Origin: Octopus sinensis
Taxonomy: Eukaryota
Reading direction: 5' to 3'
Assembly: GCF_006345805.1 (NCBI RefSeq)
Contig: NC_043010.1
Span: forward strand, 66,960,001-67,024,000
DNA length: 64,000 nt
Within the stretch, counting starts at the first letter, position 1; the number at the start of each line of letters is the position of its first letter. Positions 37,776 through 52,113 of the stretch are shown in pieces. The position numbers and the translations under genes were made by a program. The notes beneath the pieces are model-generated. The model had not been told where the DNA came from and searched no databases. It saw only the letters and a program-made list of their open reading frames with translations.

Positions 37776-39382
37776 GGGCAGTGGAAGGCAGCATGCTAGC
37801 AGAATTGGAAAAAATTCTTTGCCATATTCCTTCCAGCTCTTTTCATTCTGAGTTCAAATTCTACCAAGGTCAACTTTGCCTTTCATCCTTTTGTGGGTTA
37901 TAAAATAAACACCATTTAATTACTGGGGTCAATGTCACTGACTATACCCCACCCCTAAAATTTCTGGTTTCGAGCCAAAATTTGAAACTATTATTATGAG
38001 AAATAGAATGGTAAAAATGGAGAAATGCTAGACAAAATTCCATGCAGTATTTAGTTACAACAATAAATCAATAGATTAACAGAATTGGTAAGGAGCCTGA
38101 AAAAGCACTGGGGTCAATGTAATTGATTATCTCCCACCCCTAAAATTTCTGGTTTTGTGCCAAAATTTGAAACCATTATTATGAGAATTAGGGGGCTAAT
38201 GCAGTTTTGCACCTCTCCTTGAAAAATGCATTTTTTCAAAAAAATATTTTCGGATCCCTACATTTTAGATGTTGGAAGTTACAAATATGCAAAAACAAAA
38301 AAAAAATTAATATTTGTTTCTCATAAAATGGTGTATATTCAATTTACATTAAATTATTATTAACGATTATTTAAGGCAAACACAAGTAAAACCCTAATTC
38401 TTTTCCCTTTAATGTTTTTGTCTGTATTTAATTTCGATTTACATATTTTCACCAATTTGCTGCAATCTCTTTAAAGTATACAAAATCAAAAATTATTATT
38501 ATCATTATTATTATTATTGTTTTAGCAGTTTTAAGGCAGCAAGCTCACAAGATCATTACAGTGTTGTGAAATTTGCTCCAATTGTTTACATTCTGAGTTC
38601 AAAACTCACCAAAGCCAACTTTACCATTCAACATTTTCAAGGTTAATAAAATAATGTACCAATCAAGTCCTAGGGTCATAGGTATCAAGCAAGCCTCCTC
38701 CCCTCAAATGGTTATTTTTGGAATTTTTTTTTTAATGTCTTAGCTATTAGACTGTAATTGTCTTTCTGAAATGGTAACAAAGGAAACAATATAAGAATTA
38801 AAAGGTTTTAAAGAACATTTTTCTTTCAAAAAGAAAAAGAAAAGGAAAAAGAAAACATTATTGGAAAAAAAAAATCATTAAAAAAATTACTTTAGTCAAT
38901 ATTGTTTGTTATTTAGTTACATCTCTTTATATTGTGAGTTTGAATCACAATTATAAAAGACATGATAATAATAATAACAACAACAATAATAATAATAATA
39001 ATATTAATAATAATAATAATGATAATAATAATAATAATAATAGTTAATAATATAATAGTAATAATAATAATAATAATAATAATGATAAAAATAATAATAA
39101 TATTTCAAAAGGATTGATGTAACTTCTCACAAAGGTAAATAGACAATACGAAGAACGTGATGTGATTGCAAGAGAAATTTTATTGGTTTGAATGATATTT
39201 CAATAGCTTGCCTGTCTTTGGTGAGTTCAAAATGAAATTCAAAATTATAGAAATTCAAATTCGAAAAAATCTTATCTAGATGTTTTTAACATCCTTTTCT
39301 TATCATACCTAGGGCACCCCCCAATAGAGGAACAGTTCTCATTTTAAGATGCCACATCTTTTGTATTTCAATTTCCAGGTCC

Positions 39383-39428
<46 letters not shown>

Positions 39429-39432
39429 CATT

Positions 39433-39467
<35 letters not shown>

Positions 39468-41292
39468 TAATATTATGCTACATATTACAGTGAGGTGGTA
39501 GAATTAGTGGAGCAGCAGATGAAATGTCTAGCAGTATTTAGTTGTGTTCTAGCCTTATCCCTTAACAAGCTCAACATTATCTTTTATCATTATCAACATT
39601 TCACCATCCATTTTGCCATGCTTGCATGGGCCAGATGAAATTCATTGAGGCGAATTTTCTATAGCCAAAACCCTGCTTGTTACCAACCCTTACTTGTTTC
39701 CAAGCAAGCTAATATTTTCTCTATGACTGGAAATGTTTCCATTGAAGATTGGAAATGAAAGAGATGGTGGCGCTTGTATGATGGTGATGCTTGTTTACAG
39801 CTATCAAGTGATCTCAGCATGAAGAGACACACTCACATGCACAGACACATATACATGCACACACACACACTCACACATTTGCATGCTTGTACTCACACAT
39901 ACACACACATATGCACATATATACATACATGCACACACACACATGCATACATATATATATATATTATGTGACTTCTTTCAGCTTTTTTCTACCAAATCCA
40001 CTCGTAAGGCTTTGATCAGTCTGGTCTTATAGTAGAGGACGCTTGTTCAAAGTGACTGCACCCAGGGTCACAGAGTCTGGAAGTCATGTCTGTGCCTGTC
40101 CTTCCAGGTAAAGTAACAGTCAATGATGGAGGTTGATATAATCAACTATTCCATCAGCAAAAGTGCATGGCCTTGTGCCACAGTTAGAAACCACCACAGC
40201 TGAGACCAACAATCCTGTGAAACATCTGATCGATATAATTGGTTCTATGCCTATCCCAATATTTGTAGCCTTGAACCAATATTAGTATTATTTATAACTA
40301 TTATAAACTATTAACACTATATGAAGATAAAAAGAAAAAAGAAACGAAAACACACATTGTATGAATTACCTTTTGATTAACTATTTTTTATCTATAAGCA
40401 ATATCCTGCTTCATAAAATGTTTATTTAATACACCTCAGGTTATGTCATGCTGATGATTTCAAAAAAGAATGAAATAGTATCGTATACGGTTAACACTGA
40501 CTAAAAATTTTAAGAACTTCCTAATAAGTGAGCAACAAAACAATATTAACTATGTGTATGCTATGCACCTTTTTCTCTATGATTCCTTAATTCCAAATTC
40601 CAAATTCTAATTCCACCAAATATTATGAAGAAATGGTTATCACCCTTGTATTAACTGTCCACTTGGGGACTCCATGTGTTTGAAAAAAGACTGATGTGAA
40701 TTTTTTCTTAAAAATTATTCTTCTATTCTGCCACTGTCACACCTTAAACACACACTCCCCATAACTTTTGCAACACCCTTACTATCACTACTGTTATGGT
40801 GAGTTTTCTTTTTACAATTGTGCTTAATTAAAACTTTTTAAAATGATTTAAGTTTCCTTGAAAGACATTGTTGAAGTTTATCTGGAAACGAAATGAAAGG
40901 CAGAAAATCTATGGAGTAAATGGTGTACAAGAGAGAGAGGGAGAAGGGGAAAAGGGGAGAGGTAGTGAGAGAGAGAGGAGAGAGAAATTAAAAAACCTTT
41001 ATTATTATTTTTGTATTATATTTTGTTGTACTTTTCTCATAAATTATCTATTTAATTTACAATATATACATGTGTATATATTATCAATCTATCTATATAC
41101 ATATATATTTGCATGAAGTGTATGTGCGTGTATGTATGGTGGTGTGTGTATATATATATATATTATATATATATTATATATATATATATACATACATATA
41201 TAAATGTATATATATATATGTATAAACATATATATGAATGTATATCTATATGTAGAAGCATATATATAAATATGTGTGTATGTATGGTATAT

Positions 41293-41344
<52 letters not shown>

Positions 41345-42053
41345 TCATCATCATCATCGTTTAACGTCTGGTTAGATAGATAGATACATATATGTATATT
41401 TATATACACACACATATCAACTTTCATACATACATACATGTATAGTGTATATACATGTGTGGGTGTATGTATATGTGTTTGTATGTATATATGCATGTAT
41501 GTATATATAATTACTGTAGAATCATTAGAGCATTATAAAAGATGTGTTGCTCTATTTATTTTTCAACACTATACATTCTGAGTTCAAATCCTACCAGGTT
41601 GGCTTTGCCTTTCATCCCTACTGAAGGAGATGGTGGAGAAAAATGTGATTTAATCAATACCATTTCATTACTGGCATTGATTTAATAGAATTCACCTCTT
41701 TGCCAAAATTTGTGCCTGTGTTCCAAGTTTAGAATCCCCTAAAACCAATCTACCTATCTATTTACCTATATGCATGCGTGTGTGTGTGTGTGTATCATCC
41801 GAAAGTGTACAGTGTTATATATCCATCACAGCCAATCTTATCTATTAGTTTTGCACTAGGGGTACGACAGAGTGTTAGGTAACACACCGATTATATAACC
41901 CTATGTTCATCAGAGGAACCAAAATGGAATGAAATATGGAATGAAATATGGTAAGATCAACCATGATGGATATCTAATACTTTGGATAGTATACTCACTG
42001 TATTGACAGATATACGAGTGCATCTTTTTCCTGACTTATGGACTTTTAGACAA

Positions 42054-42097
<44 letters not shown>

Positions 42098-42101
<4 letters not shown>

Positions 42102-42453
42102 AAGAATAAAATGTTTCGAATGGTACAACAATGCACTATAATACAAACAATGGGATTATATACCTGTTGTAATTTAACCATCCATCTGGTAATATTTCAG
42201 AATAAAATTACTTCCTCAAATATCCCTATGAATTGATGGAGTTGCTGCTATAATCAGTTTTCTAATGGCTTTGAAAAAGACTGATGTAAACCAATTATAG
42301 CAGTGACTCCATCAATTCCTAGGGATATCTGGGGAAGGAATTTTATTCCGAAATATTATCAGACTATGGGTGACTAAATTACAACAGGTGTATAGCCCAT
42401 TGTTTGTATTATAGTACATTGTTGTACCATTCGAAACATTTTATTCTTTACAA
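42098..42453. repeat. Diverged fold-back palindrome (~160-bp arms) between (TA)n tracts
   Basis: tgtaaagaataaaatgtttcgaatggtacaacaatg... / ...cattgttgtaccattcgaaacattttattctttaca. Confidence 0.9.
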
Positions 42454-42545
42454 ACACTACACAATGCTTCAAGCGAACTATAAAACTCATATTACATATA
42501 TATATATTATATATATATATATAATATTATATGTATGTATGTATA

Positions 42546-43442
42546 TTGGATTGAAAAATAATTCACGAGTAATTTTTTTTTCAAATTTTAAAATGTGCAC
42601 AGAAATAAAATGCATTCACAAAATGCTTTATGTTATTTGAAAGAGAATATTTTGCACTACAAGTTAGTGTGTTTTGATTTTTTAAATTTTATTGATTTTT
42701 GTGTATTCTCAGTTCATTAAAATGGAATGTCAAGTGGACAAAGCCGACACCATTTGCTTTTCACATTTAATCGAGGTGTTAAGCTCGCTGAAGCTGCTCA
42801 TGAGATTTGTGCTGTGAATGGAGAAGGAGTTATGTTTCAAAGTACTGCCTTCCATTGGTTTACGCTCTTCATAAATGGGAATTTTGATCTCAAAGATGGA
42901 TCATACACCAGTCGACCAATTGAGTTTGGTGAATCTTGCCCATTGAGTGAAGGTGGTTCACCACAGTTTTTTTTATCACAGCCCGTCTGCTCCACCAATT
43001 CTCTGGTGTTTGATGTAGGTTTTCGGGAAAAAGTTGATTCAATCACTCTTCATCAAACTCAATTGGTCAACCGGTGTGTGATCCATCCTTGAAGTCAAAA
43101 TTACCATTTTTTAAGTGCGAAAACCAATGGAAGGTGACACTTTGAGGCATTACTCCTCCTCCATTCACAGCACAAATCTCATGAGCAGCTTCAGCAAGCT
43201 TAACGCCTTGATTAAATGTAAAAAGCAAATGGTGTCAAAAATGCTCAGTTTTGTCCACTTGACATTCCATATTTATGAATTGAAAATACAAAAATCAATA
43301 AAATTAAAAAATCAAAACACACTGTCTTGTAGAGCAAAATATTTTCTTTCAAATAACATAAAAACATTTTGTAAATGCATTTTATTTCTGTGTACATTTT
43401 TAATTTGTAAAAAAAATGCTCATGAATTATTCCTCAACCCAA
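42546..43442. mobile_element. Palindromic mariner derivative built from two inverted 5' halves
   Basis: TA-flanked TIRs; HTH region MSSGQSRHHLLFTFNRGVKLAEAAHEICAV on + at 42727 and its reverse complement at ~43110-43270. Confidence 0.85.
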
Positions 43443-43689
43443 TACACACACACACACTACATAAACTTTGTATATATTAAGTTGTGTACTAATTAGCTGA
43501 GATATAGGCTAAACGCATACTGTACATAAACAGTAACTTCATTTAACCAGAAGTGTGTAATGATGTAAATAATTGCAAGGACACACATAAGTATATGTCA
43601 CTTCTTGTGTATATTATCTGTAGACAGTACAAGCAAGTGTGTATTTATCCAATATGATATATATATATATACATATATGTAAATGAATA

Positions 43690-43975
43690 ACAAAGATGTA
43701 TTAGTGTCAATTCACTACAGCCGTTTCGAGCAACTACTTTAATTGATCAATTAAAGCAAAAACTTTTGCCAAAAGAATTTAACAGTAGAATCATTGTAAA
43801 TATTTGCTCTCTATTGATGATATGAATATGTTTAAATATCTAATTTGTCCTTTATGCTTGAGGTCAATGCGGTCATCTTTTTCTTTGTAATGATGTAATG
43901 CTTTCATTGATCAATTAAAGGAATCACTTGAAACGGCTGTAATGAATTGAGAATTACACATCTTTGTTACACAAT
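43690..43975. repeat. Inverted repeat (~70-bp arms, ~140-bp spacer), each arm containing ctttaattgatcaattaaag-like palindrome
   Basis: acaaagatgt...cagccgtttcgag...ttgatcaattaaagca / tgctttcattgatcaa...gaaacggctgt...acatctttgt; related fragment at 11938-12000. Confidence 0.8.
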
Positions 43976-44318
43976 TATATTTTACTCACCTACCTTGGAA
44001 TTTGCACTTCTGAAGTATTTGGAAAGTATCTATATACAAAGTACTTGTCTGAACAAACAGGAGTGGATGTATTCACTAAGTTGGATCATTCCATACACTG
44101 TATGAATATCGGATGGAAAAATTTCTATGTAGAGTTTGATACTCACCTAATATTGCCAGATTGTGTAGATAAAATCATCGTAACAGGATGCCTCAATTTA
44201 AGTACCAAATTCAACTGAACCTTAATTACATTTATATATATATATATATATATTGATAGAAATGGTAAGATAACAAAAGAATGAAAGAGACTTTGATATT
44301 ATGTAAATAGAGTAATTT

Positions 44319-44614
44319 ATCTGTAAAAGTAATATGTTACAATTATTCAGTAGCCATGATAAAACTCCGAGTTTTGGATGTCTGGGTGGAAATCCATGCC
44401 AGCATCTCTTCAGTTATCCAGCCAATGGAAAAAATGCTATGAAAATGACCGTTAAAGAAAGGGGAAAAAATGTTTGTTTGACGGTCATTTTCATAGCATT
44501 TTTTCCAATGGCTGGATAACTGAAGAGATGGCAGCATGGATTTCCACCCCGACATCTGAAACTCGGAGTTTCATCATGGCTACCGAATAATTGTCACATA
44601 TTACAATTACAGAT
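44319..44614. repeat. Fold-back palindrome with a hammerhead in each arm
   Basis: Plus-strand motif 44515-44575 (CTGAAGA...GAAA-ctcggag-TT); minus-strand copy 44358-44418 has GAAA changed to AAAA. Confidence 0.85.
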
Positions 44615-45573
44615 ATATATACTATAGGAATAAAATGCTTTATTTTTTTGGTATTGTATAGAATAGTATATTGGTAATGAAATAGTCAGAAGAAATGATG
44701 GAACTGTTTGTTCCTTAGTTTGTGTATATGCAGGTACAGAAAAATCTTCAAATTTTCTAAGGAAATGAAATAAAATCAAATATAGTTGAATGTTTATGTT
44801 ATTACATTTAAGAATTCTTCATCTAGTATTTGAGATTCCACTTCCTTCATAGCTTCTGCTTAACCTTACTTTTACTAGCCATATATAACTGTGTGTGTGC
44901 ATATATATATGATGGATAATACATATAATATATATATATATATGTATGTATGTATAGAAATAAATATATACAGTATAAATATACATTCATACATAGACGC
45001 TCACACATATATATATATATATGTATATATATAAACATATTTTTATTAGATTTCATGCCATTTTTTAATTACAGATATTTTTGGTGGCGAGGTGGGGGGG
45101 GAGAGTAAGAAGACTAAAGAGGAGGCAGCAGCAGCGGGGGTGGTGGTTAGTGGGAGGGGAGGTGGCACATTAAAAAAATAAAATTTTTGCTACGATTTTG
45201 GTGGAAAAAGAATTGGGTACATGTGATATCTTAATCTCATTATCTCTCACCACCTACTCCCTATAGCATCCATTGATTTTTAAAATTAAATAAAAAAAAC
45301 TGCAATAAAAAAAAGAATTAAAAAGATAAAAATTAATTTGGTTCGATGTGTGGGAGGGGTGTAGATGGAGTGAAGTAGAGCAGTGGGGGTGGGGGTGAAG
45401 GGAAAGAAAAAAAGAAAAAAAGAAAGGAAGAACAAATACTATTTATTTTCATTTGACATATTTTTTTATTTTATTAATACTGTTTTAAATTATTTTCATT
45501 TGTTGTCTCAATATATGCATGTGGATGCATTAACAGGTTGTGTTTGTGTGTGCGTGCGTGTAAATGAGCATGC

Positions 45574-45623
<50 letters not shown>

Positions 45624-45824
45624 AAGCAGATGCTCATAACTGAGAAAGTGTGTGTATCTATGCATGTCTGTGTATGTGTGCATCTGCACTTCTGTATGTG
45701 TGTGTGTGTACGACATAGTTCATTAGTAGATGAATATACTTATGCATATAAATATATGTGTGTGTGTGTGTATGTAAGTGTATATATGTGTGTATATATA
45801 TATATATGTATGTGTATATATGTA

Positions 45825-45882
<58 letters not shown>

Positions 45883-46123
45883 ATATATGTATGTAGAAGC
45901 ATATCTATTTATGTATATATGTGTGTATGTGTGTGCATATGTAAATACATAATTTGTGTTTATATATGTGTATGTGTATAAATATATATATATACATATA
46001 TGAATATATTCACACACACACACAGCTACACACATATATACACATGTCTGTGTGAGTTAAAACACATTGAATACAGGATGAAGTATGTGCATGCGTGTGT
46101 GTATACATGTGTATGTATGGTAA

Positions 46124-46165
<42 letters not shown>

Positions 46166-46611
46166 ATGTGTGAGAGTAATTATTGTGTGAGTTTATGTGA
46201 GTGTATCCACGATTGTGTCTGCACACGCATGTGTGTGTGTATGTGTGTATGATCACATGTTCATTAATGAGGGAGTGTGTAGAAGATACTCTATGAATTT
46301 TTTGGGAAAAAAGCAAAAGTAAAAAAAGAATCCAGTAAAATACTTACGAAAACAATATAATAAATATATGAGAGAAGATAAAAGAAACAATGCCAACAAC
46401 AACAACAACAATGCCAACAACAACAACAACAATACTAACAATAAGAACAACAATACCCAAAACACAAAGAAAGCCCGTTGAAACATTTTTTTCCTTCTCA
46501 GTCAATATCCTTTATTTCCCTTTGCAAACTTCCTTTTTTCGGAAGATAATTTTCCTTTTATCATTTAAATATATAAATCTGTATAGCGCAAGTTGATATA
46601 AATATCTATCT

Positions 46612-46660
<49 letters not shown>

Positions 46661-46715
46661 TATATATATATACATATATACATACATATATACATATATA
46701 CATATGTATATATAC

Positions 46716-46751
<36 letters not shown>

Positions 46752-47414
46752 TTTATATATATATATATATATATAATAATATATATCTATATATATATAC
46801 ATATGCATATATATATATATATATATATATACATATGCGCATGTATGTATGCATGTATACAAGGGTGTGTGCATGAGAGAATGTTTGTAAATATATATAT
46901 AAATATGCATGCATAATTTCAAAGTGCGTGTGTGTGTATATATACACACACACACACACTCACATATATATGTATATGTATGTATATGTATGTATATGTC
47001 TATGTATATATATATACGTATATGCATATGTATGTATATGCGCATGTATGTATGTCTATGTATATATATGTATGTATGTTTATGTATATATATGTATATA
47101 TATATATGTATGTACATTTATATATATGTGTGTATGTGTATATAGATGTGTATATATATGTATATATATATGTGTGTGTGTGTGTGTATATGTATATATG
47201 TGTGTTTTTATGTATGTATATATGTATGTATATATGTATGTATGTATAAAATATTTTAAAACTATTTTTTTCCTCCATAATATATTTCTGCAACAGTGAA
47301 TGATAGTTGTGCTATATATTGTGTATATTGGTATGATTTATTTCTTTGCAAGAGTTAATAATCATTTCATTAATATAATTATTAATCCTCAATATTCTAT
47401 TATTATTATCACTA

Positions 47415-47458
<44 letters not shown>

Positions 47459-47711
47459 ATTTTTATTTTTCTAGAACAAAAAAAAAAAAAAAATCCTCTT
47501 ACACTTGTCACCTGTCTGTCTTAGTATTTAACAATATGCATTTAAATAAAGAACATACCAAAAGAAAAGATACAAAACCAAAAAAAATACTCAAAAATAA
47601 TATTGTAAATCTTAGATTTATTTGACTCTTACAGTATTTTGCTATGTGTGTATGTGTATATATTCATATATATATTGGAAGGTTTGGAGAAGGTATTCAT
47701 ATATATATATA

Positions 47712-48047
47712 TAAAGGGTAAAGACCCCCTTCGGTCATTTGTGACCATGGGTTTGCACCTAGAGAGTTACCATCTGAGGCACAAGTCTGGGCAAGGTTGT
47801 TTTTATGGAAGACCAGCAGTCGCCCATGCATACCGGCCTCCCCTCTCCACGCCACCAGTGTTATCCAAGGGAAAGACAAAGGTCGATACAGCTTGGCACC
47901 AGTGACGTCGCAACTCATTTCTACAGCTGAGTGAACTGGAGCAACGTGAAATAAAGTGCTTTGCTCAAGAACACAACACGCAGCCCGGTCCGGGATTCGA
48001 ACTCACAACCTCACGATCGTAAGCTCGACGCTCTAACCACTGAGCCA
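47712..48047 (-). mobile_element. tRNA-derived SINE with LINE-like tail
   Basis: Head atggctcagtggttagagcgtcgagcttacgatc...gttcgaatccc; core shared with 10847-11161; different 3' part. Confidence 0.75.
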
Positions 48048-48076
48048 TATATATATATATCTTTTTTTCTTACTAA

Positions 48077-48110
<34 letters not shown>

Positions 48111-48350
48111 CAAGATCAACAACAACAGGTTTAAGCTGGGTAAACAATTTACATGATGTAATCATATTTGTCTTTACAGCTGTTTCGAATGATTGGTGAC
48201 TTGTTGTATATCACAATGTGTATTATGCAAGCAAGTACAATACTGAAGCAATATTGTAGGTAATTAATCAGTTCAGCCAAAGAAAAATAGGAAAAAGAAA
48301 GAATAAACACTAAACTTAAAAACAGGTAGTAGCATTAATTTGTTTGACCA

Positions 48351-48720
48351 TGGCTGTGTGGGGTAAGTAGCTTGCTTACCAGCCACATGGTTCTGGGTTC
48401 AGTCCCACTGCATGACCTCTTGGGCAAGTGTCTTCTACTATAGCCTTGGGCTCACCTAAGCCTTGTGAGTGGATCTGGTAGACAGAAACTGAAAGAAGCC
48501 CATCGTATATATATATATGTACGTATGTGTTTGTCCCCCCACCATCGCTTGACAACCGATGCTGGTGTGCTTACGTGCCTGTAACATTAGAGGTTTGTCA
48601 AAGAGACTGATAGAATAAGTACTAGGCTTACAAAGAATAAGTCCTGGCATCGATTTATTCAACTAAAGGCAGTGCTCCAGCATGGCCACAGTCAAATGAC
48701 TGAAACAAATAAATGAATAA
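48351..48720 (+). mobile_element. Abundant SINE with Meta-domain-like core and internal (TA)/(TG) tract
   Basis: ccttgggcaagtgtcttctactatagcc...ccttgtgagtggat...gtagacagaaactgaaagaagccc; family copies or halves at 22085-22270, 23560-23690, 24140-24430, 49150-49826, 52530-52675, 61671-61986. Confidence 0.8.
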
Positions 48721-51299
48721 TTGAATAAAAGAATATAATGCCCAAACATCATTGAAGTCCCAAAATAAAATATACCTAAAAGTGAAGTAAATTATCATCT
48801 TCATCTCTTGGATAGAATATCACACTTCTCCCTCACAGAGCTATCAAAATCATTTGATATATTTCTTTACTTTAATGTCTACCAACAACATTGTCTCAGT
48901 ATTGCAACATTTGAAACGGCTGTAAAGATATGAATTGATTGTATCATGTAAATTCTGGATACTGCTTTTCATATGAATACTTTCCTTACACACTTTGTCA
49001 TTTGCTTGTCTTTCTGTCTCCATAGCGATTTGGTTTTGATTGTCCTTCCAGCCAAATTATCCACCTCTGGACTACTTCATCCTGATGAAGCAGAAAAAGC
49101 GGTTGTCAAGTGGTTGTGAGAGACAAATACAGACGCAAAGATACACACACGTGCTGGTAGACAGAAACTGAAAGAAGCTTACAGTATATATATATATATT
49201 GTTATTTTTTTATTCTTTTACATGTTTCAGTCATTTGACAGGGGCCATGCTGGAGCACCACCTTTAGTTGAACAAACTGACCCCAGAACTTATTCTTTGT
49301 AAGCCTAGTACTTATTCTGTCAGTCTCTTTTGCTGAACTGCTAAGTTATGGGGATGTAAGTACACAACATTAGTTGTCAAGCGATGGTGGGGCACAAACA
49401 CAGACACACAGATACATACATACATACATCCATACATCCATACATACAAACATACATACATACATACATATATATATATATACGACGGGCTTCTTTCAGT
49501 TTCCGTCAATCAAATCCACTCACAATGCTTTGGTCAGCCCAAGGCTATAGTAGGAGACACTTGCCCAAGGTGCCACACAGACTGAACCCAGAACTATGTG
49601 GTTGGGAAGCAAGCCTTCTTATCACACAGCAACTCCTGCATACATATATATATATATCCACACACAGACACACATACAACAGGCTTCTTTCAATTACCAT
49701 TTACCAAATCCACTCACAAGGTTTTGGACAGCTTGAGGCTATAGTAGAAGACACTTGCACAAGGTGCAACACAGTGGAACTGAACCTGAGACCATGTGGT
49801 TGGGAAGCAAACTTCTTATACCTCAGCCACGCCTGTTCCTAATATATAAATGTTGAAAATACTCACCAAAGTACAGTACATGCTTACTGGTCATTTAAAC
49901 AATGAAGCTGTACTGGAAGGTATTATCCCTAATAAATGATTAAAACAGCAAATAAGATACCTAAGAAAGACTCTCCTTTAATCCTCTGGTATTTCAACTA
50001 GCATTATCTGATCAAAATATTTCACATATTTTATGTTCAACCCAGTCAGATTTGGCCTCTTGCACCAACCCTACAATATCCTTCTTAAAAATTAAGTTAC
50101 TTCATCAAAATCTCAAAAGCTACAGGATAATGCATGATTAACAATTTAGTATTCAGAATGCATCATCATCATCATCATTTAACATCTGCTTTCTATGCTG
50201 GCATAGCTAGGATGGTTTGACATGGAGCTTGTTTGCAGGGAGCTAACTAGATCCCAACTGTCTGTTGAGGAATTGTTTCTATGGCTGAATGCCTTTCTTA
50301 ATGCCAACCACTTAACTAGGTGTGCTGGGTGCCTTTTATGTGCTACTGGCATGGATGTATTTGTGCAGCACTGGCATGGGTGCTTTTTAAGTGGCACCGG
50401 CACCTGAAAGGAATGCTTATTTTTTCACATTGCTAAGAATTAGCCATGCATTACACGATAGCTTTGACATTTCGTCTGCTGTTACGTTCTGGATTCAAAT
50501 TCCACCGAGGTCGACTTTGCCTTTCATCCTTTCAGGGTCGATAAATTAAGTACCAGTTACGCACTGGGGTCGATCTAATCAGCTTAATCTCTTTGTCTGT
50601 CCTTGTTTGTCCCCTCTATGTGGGCAATAAAGAGATAAGAATTAGAGAATTTAAAGGTTTAATTAAGAGGTCTTAAAGTAAACCTGCCAAAGACAAGAGA
50701 GATAGTAAGCAGGAGAGAAGACAGGACTGCAAGTCTAGTTGGAAAGTGGCCATGCTTGCTCAATATGCAGAAAAACAGTTGCTGGAAATTCCACAATGTA
50801 TGGTTAATGTAAATTAGCCACTATAAGGTCTAGTCTTTGTTGGGTGGTGGCTCATATACCTCAGTGACCCTGGGAGCTATACCAACAGGGTGCAAGCTCC
50901 CAGTAGAACCACCCACACTGGAGACAGGTCAAAGAACAGGGGCCAGACTTATATTAATTCCAAATTTTGACACAAGGCCAGCAAGTTTATGGGAGGGGTT
51001 AAGTTAATTACATGGATCCCAGTGTTCAACTGGTACTTAATTTATCGACACCCAAAACGATGAAAGGCAAAGTCAACCATGATGGAATTTGAACTCAGAA
51101 CATGAAGATGGATGAAATGCCGCTAAGCATTTCACCTTACATGCTAACTATTCCGGCAGCTTGCTGCATTAGGCCAGACTAATAGTGGCAACCTCTTCCT
51201 TGAGATAAAAAAAAATGGGTCTGCATAGGGATAATGTCACTATCTAGAAAACAGCAAAGTTACAGGGGCATCTATGACAATTCAAAACCAACAAAACCT

Positions 51300-51600
51300 G
51301 GGAGAGAGAGGCCTTCTCTTGGAGGAAGCATAGGAGGTGGTGCAATAGAACCCAAAGGGAAGCTGCAAGGCTGACTCCTCTCCTGGACCATCAGGAGAAC
51401 ACATCAGGCCCTGATCTGGAATGCACAAAGAAAGGTGGAAAAGAAGATTTCCTAAAAATATAGCTGGAGACAAGATACTGAAGCAGAGTTAAACAACATG
51501 AAAAAGCAGAGATCCAACTGGAAAGAAGATGGAAAGACAATCCAGTGGGGAGAATAATGGAGAAACGTTGATCATAGATTATGCTTAATAGTGAATGAAA
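51300..51600 (+). mobile_element. Decayed RTE-type LINE 3' fragment
   Basis: Degenerate WNPxG...GRPKNTWRRDTEAEL-like translation; second RTE fragment (GKWPC) at ~50670-50830. Confidence 0.45.
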
Positions 51601-51848
51601 GGCTAAAGTAAGTAAGTAGTATATATATATAATATATATATATATATATAATATAGATATATATATATATATATATACATATCGTGAAGTATATTGCCCC
51701 TTAAATGTGGCGAACCCTTATGGTGGATGCTACTGTAGCTTGTAGCCCCAGGAGGACACCTCCTCCAGCTGGCTATTGACACACTTTCTGTGTCCTATCA
51801 GTATTTGCAAAGGGAAGCCATCCTTCCCATCTTCAATCTGACATGATA

Positions 51849-51893
51849 CACACGGACTTGAGTTTTTGGGTATTGACCCGTCATCAGCGTGTG
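51849..51893 (-). ncRNA. Decayed type I hammerhead inside a partly fold-back element (51700-52048)
   Basis: cacacg-CTGATGA-c-ggg tcaata ccc-AAAAA-ctcaag-TC-cgtgtg: 6-bp helix I intact, GAAA and ctcgag eroded. Confidence 0.55.
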
Positions 51894-52113
51894 ACAATCA
51901 CTGACTGCTGATGAAAAGTGGGTTCCCTTTGCAAATATATATCTTTTTTCCAGTGATGAAAAGTAACTGATCTCAAAAAAGTGTAAACAAGCAATAATAA
52001 ATCTCTGAGCGAGGTATAAACATCGTGAGGGGTTAGCCACATTTAAGTTGCAAATATACTTCACAATGTCGTGCAGCTACTGTTTATACCTAGCTCAGAG
52101 ATTTATTATTGCT

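Noticed and set aside
39150-40530. Splice-like signals (ttg|gtgagt at 39220; cacctcag|g at 40435)
   Set aside because: No consistent open frame between plausible acceptor and donor; unsupported without RNA data
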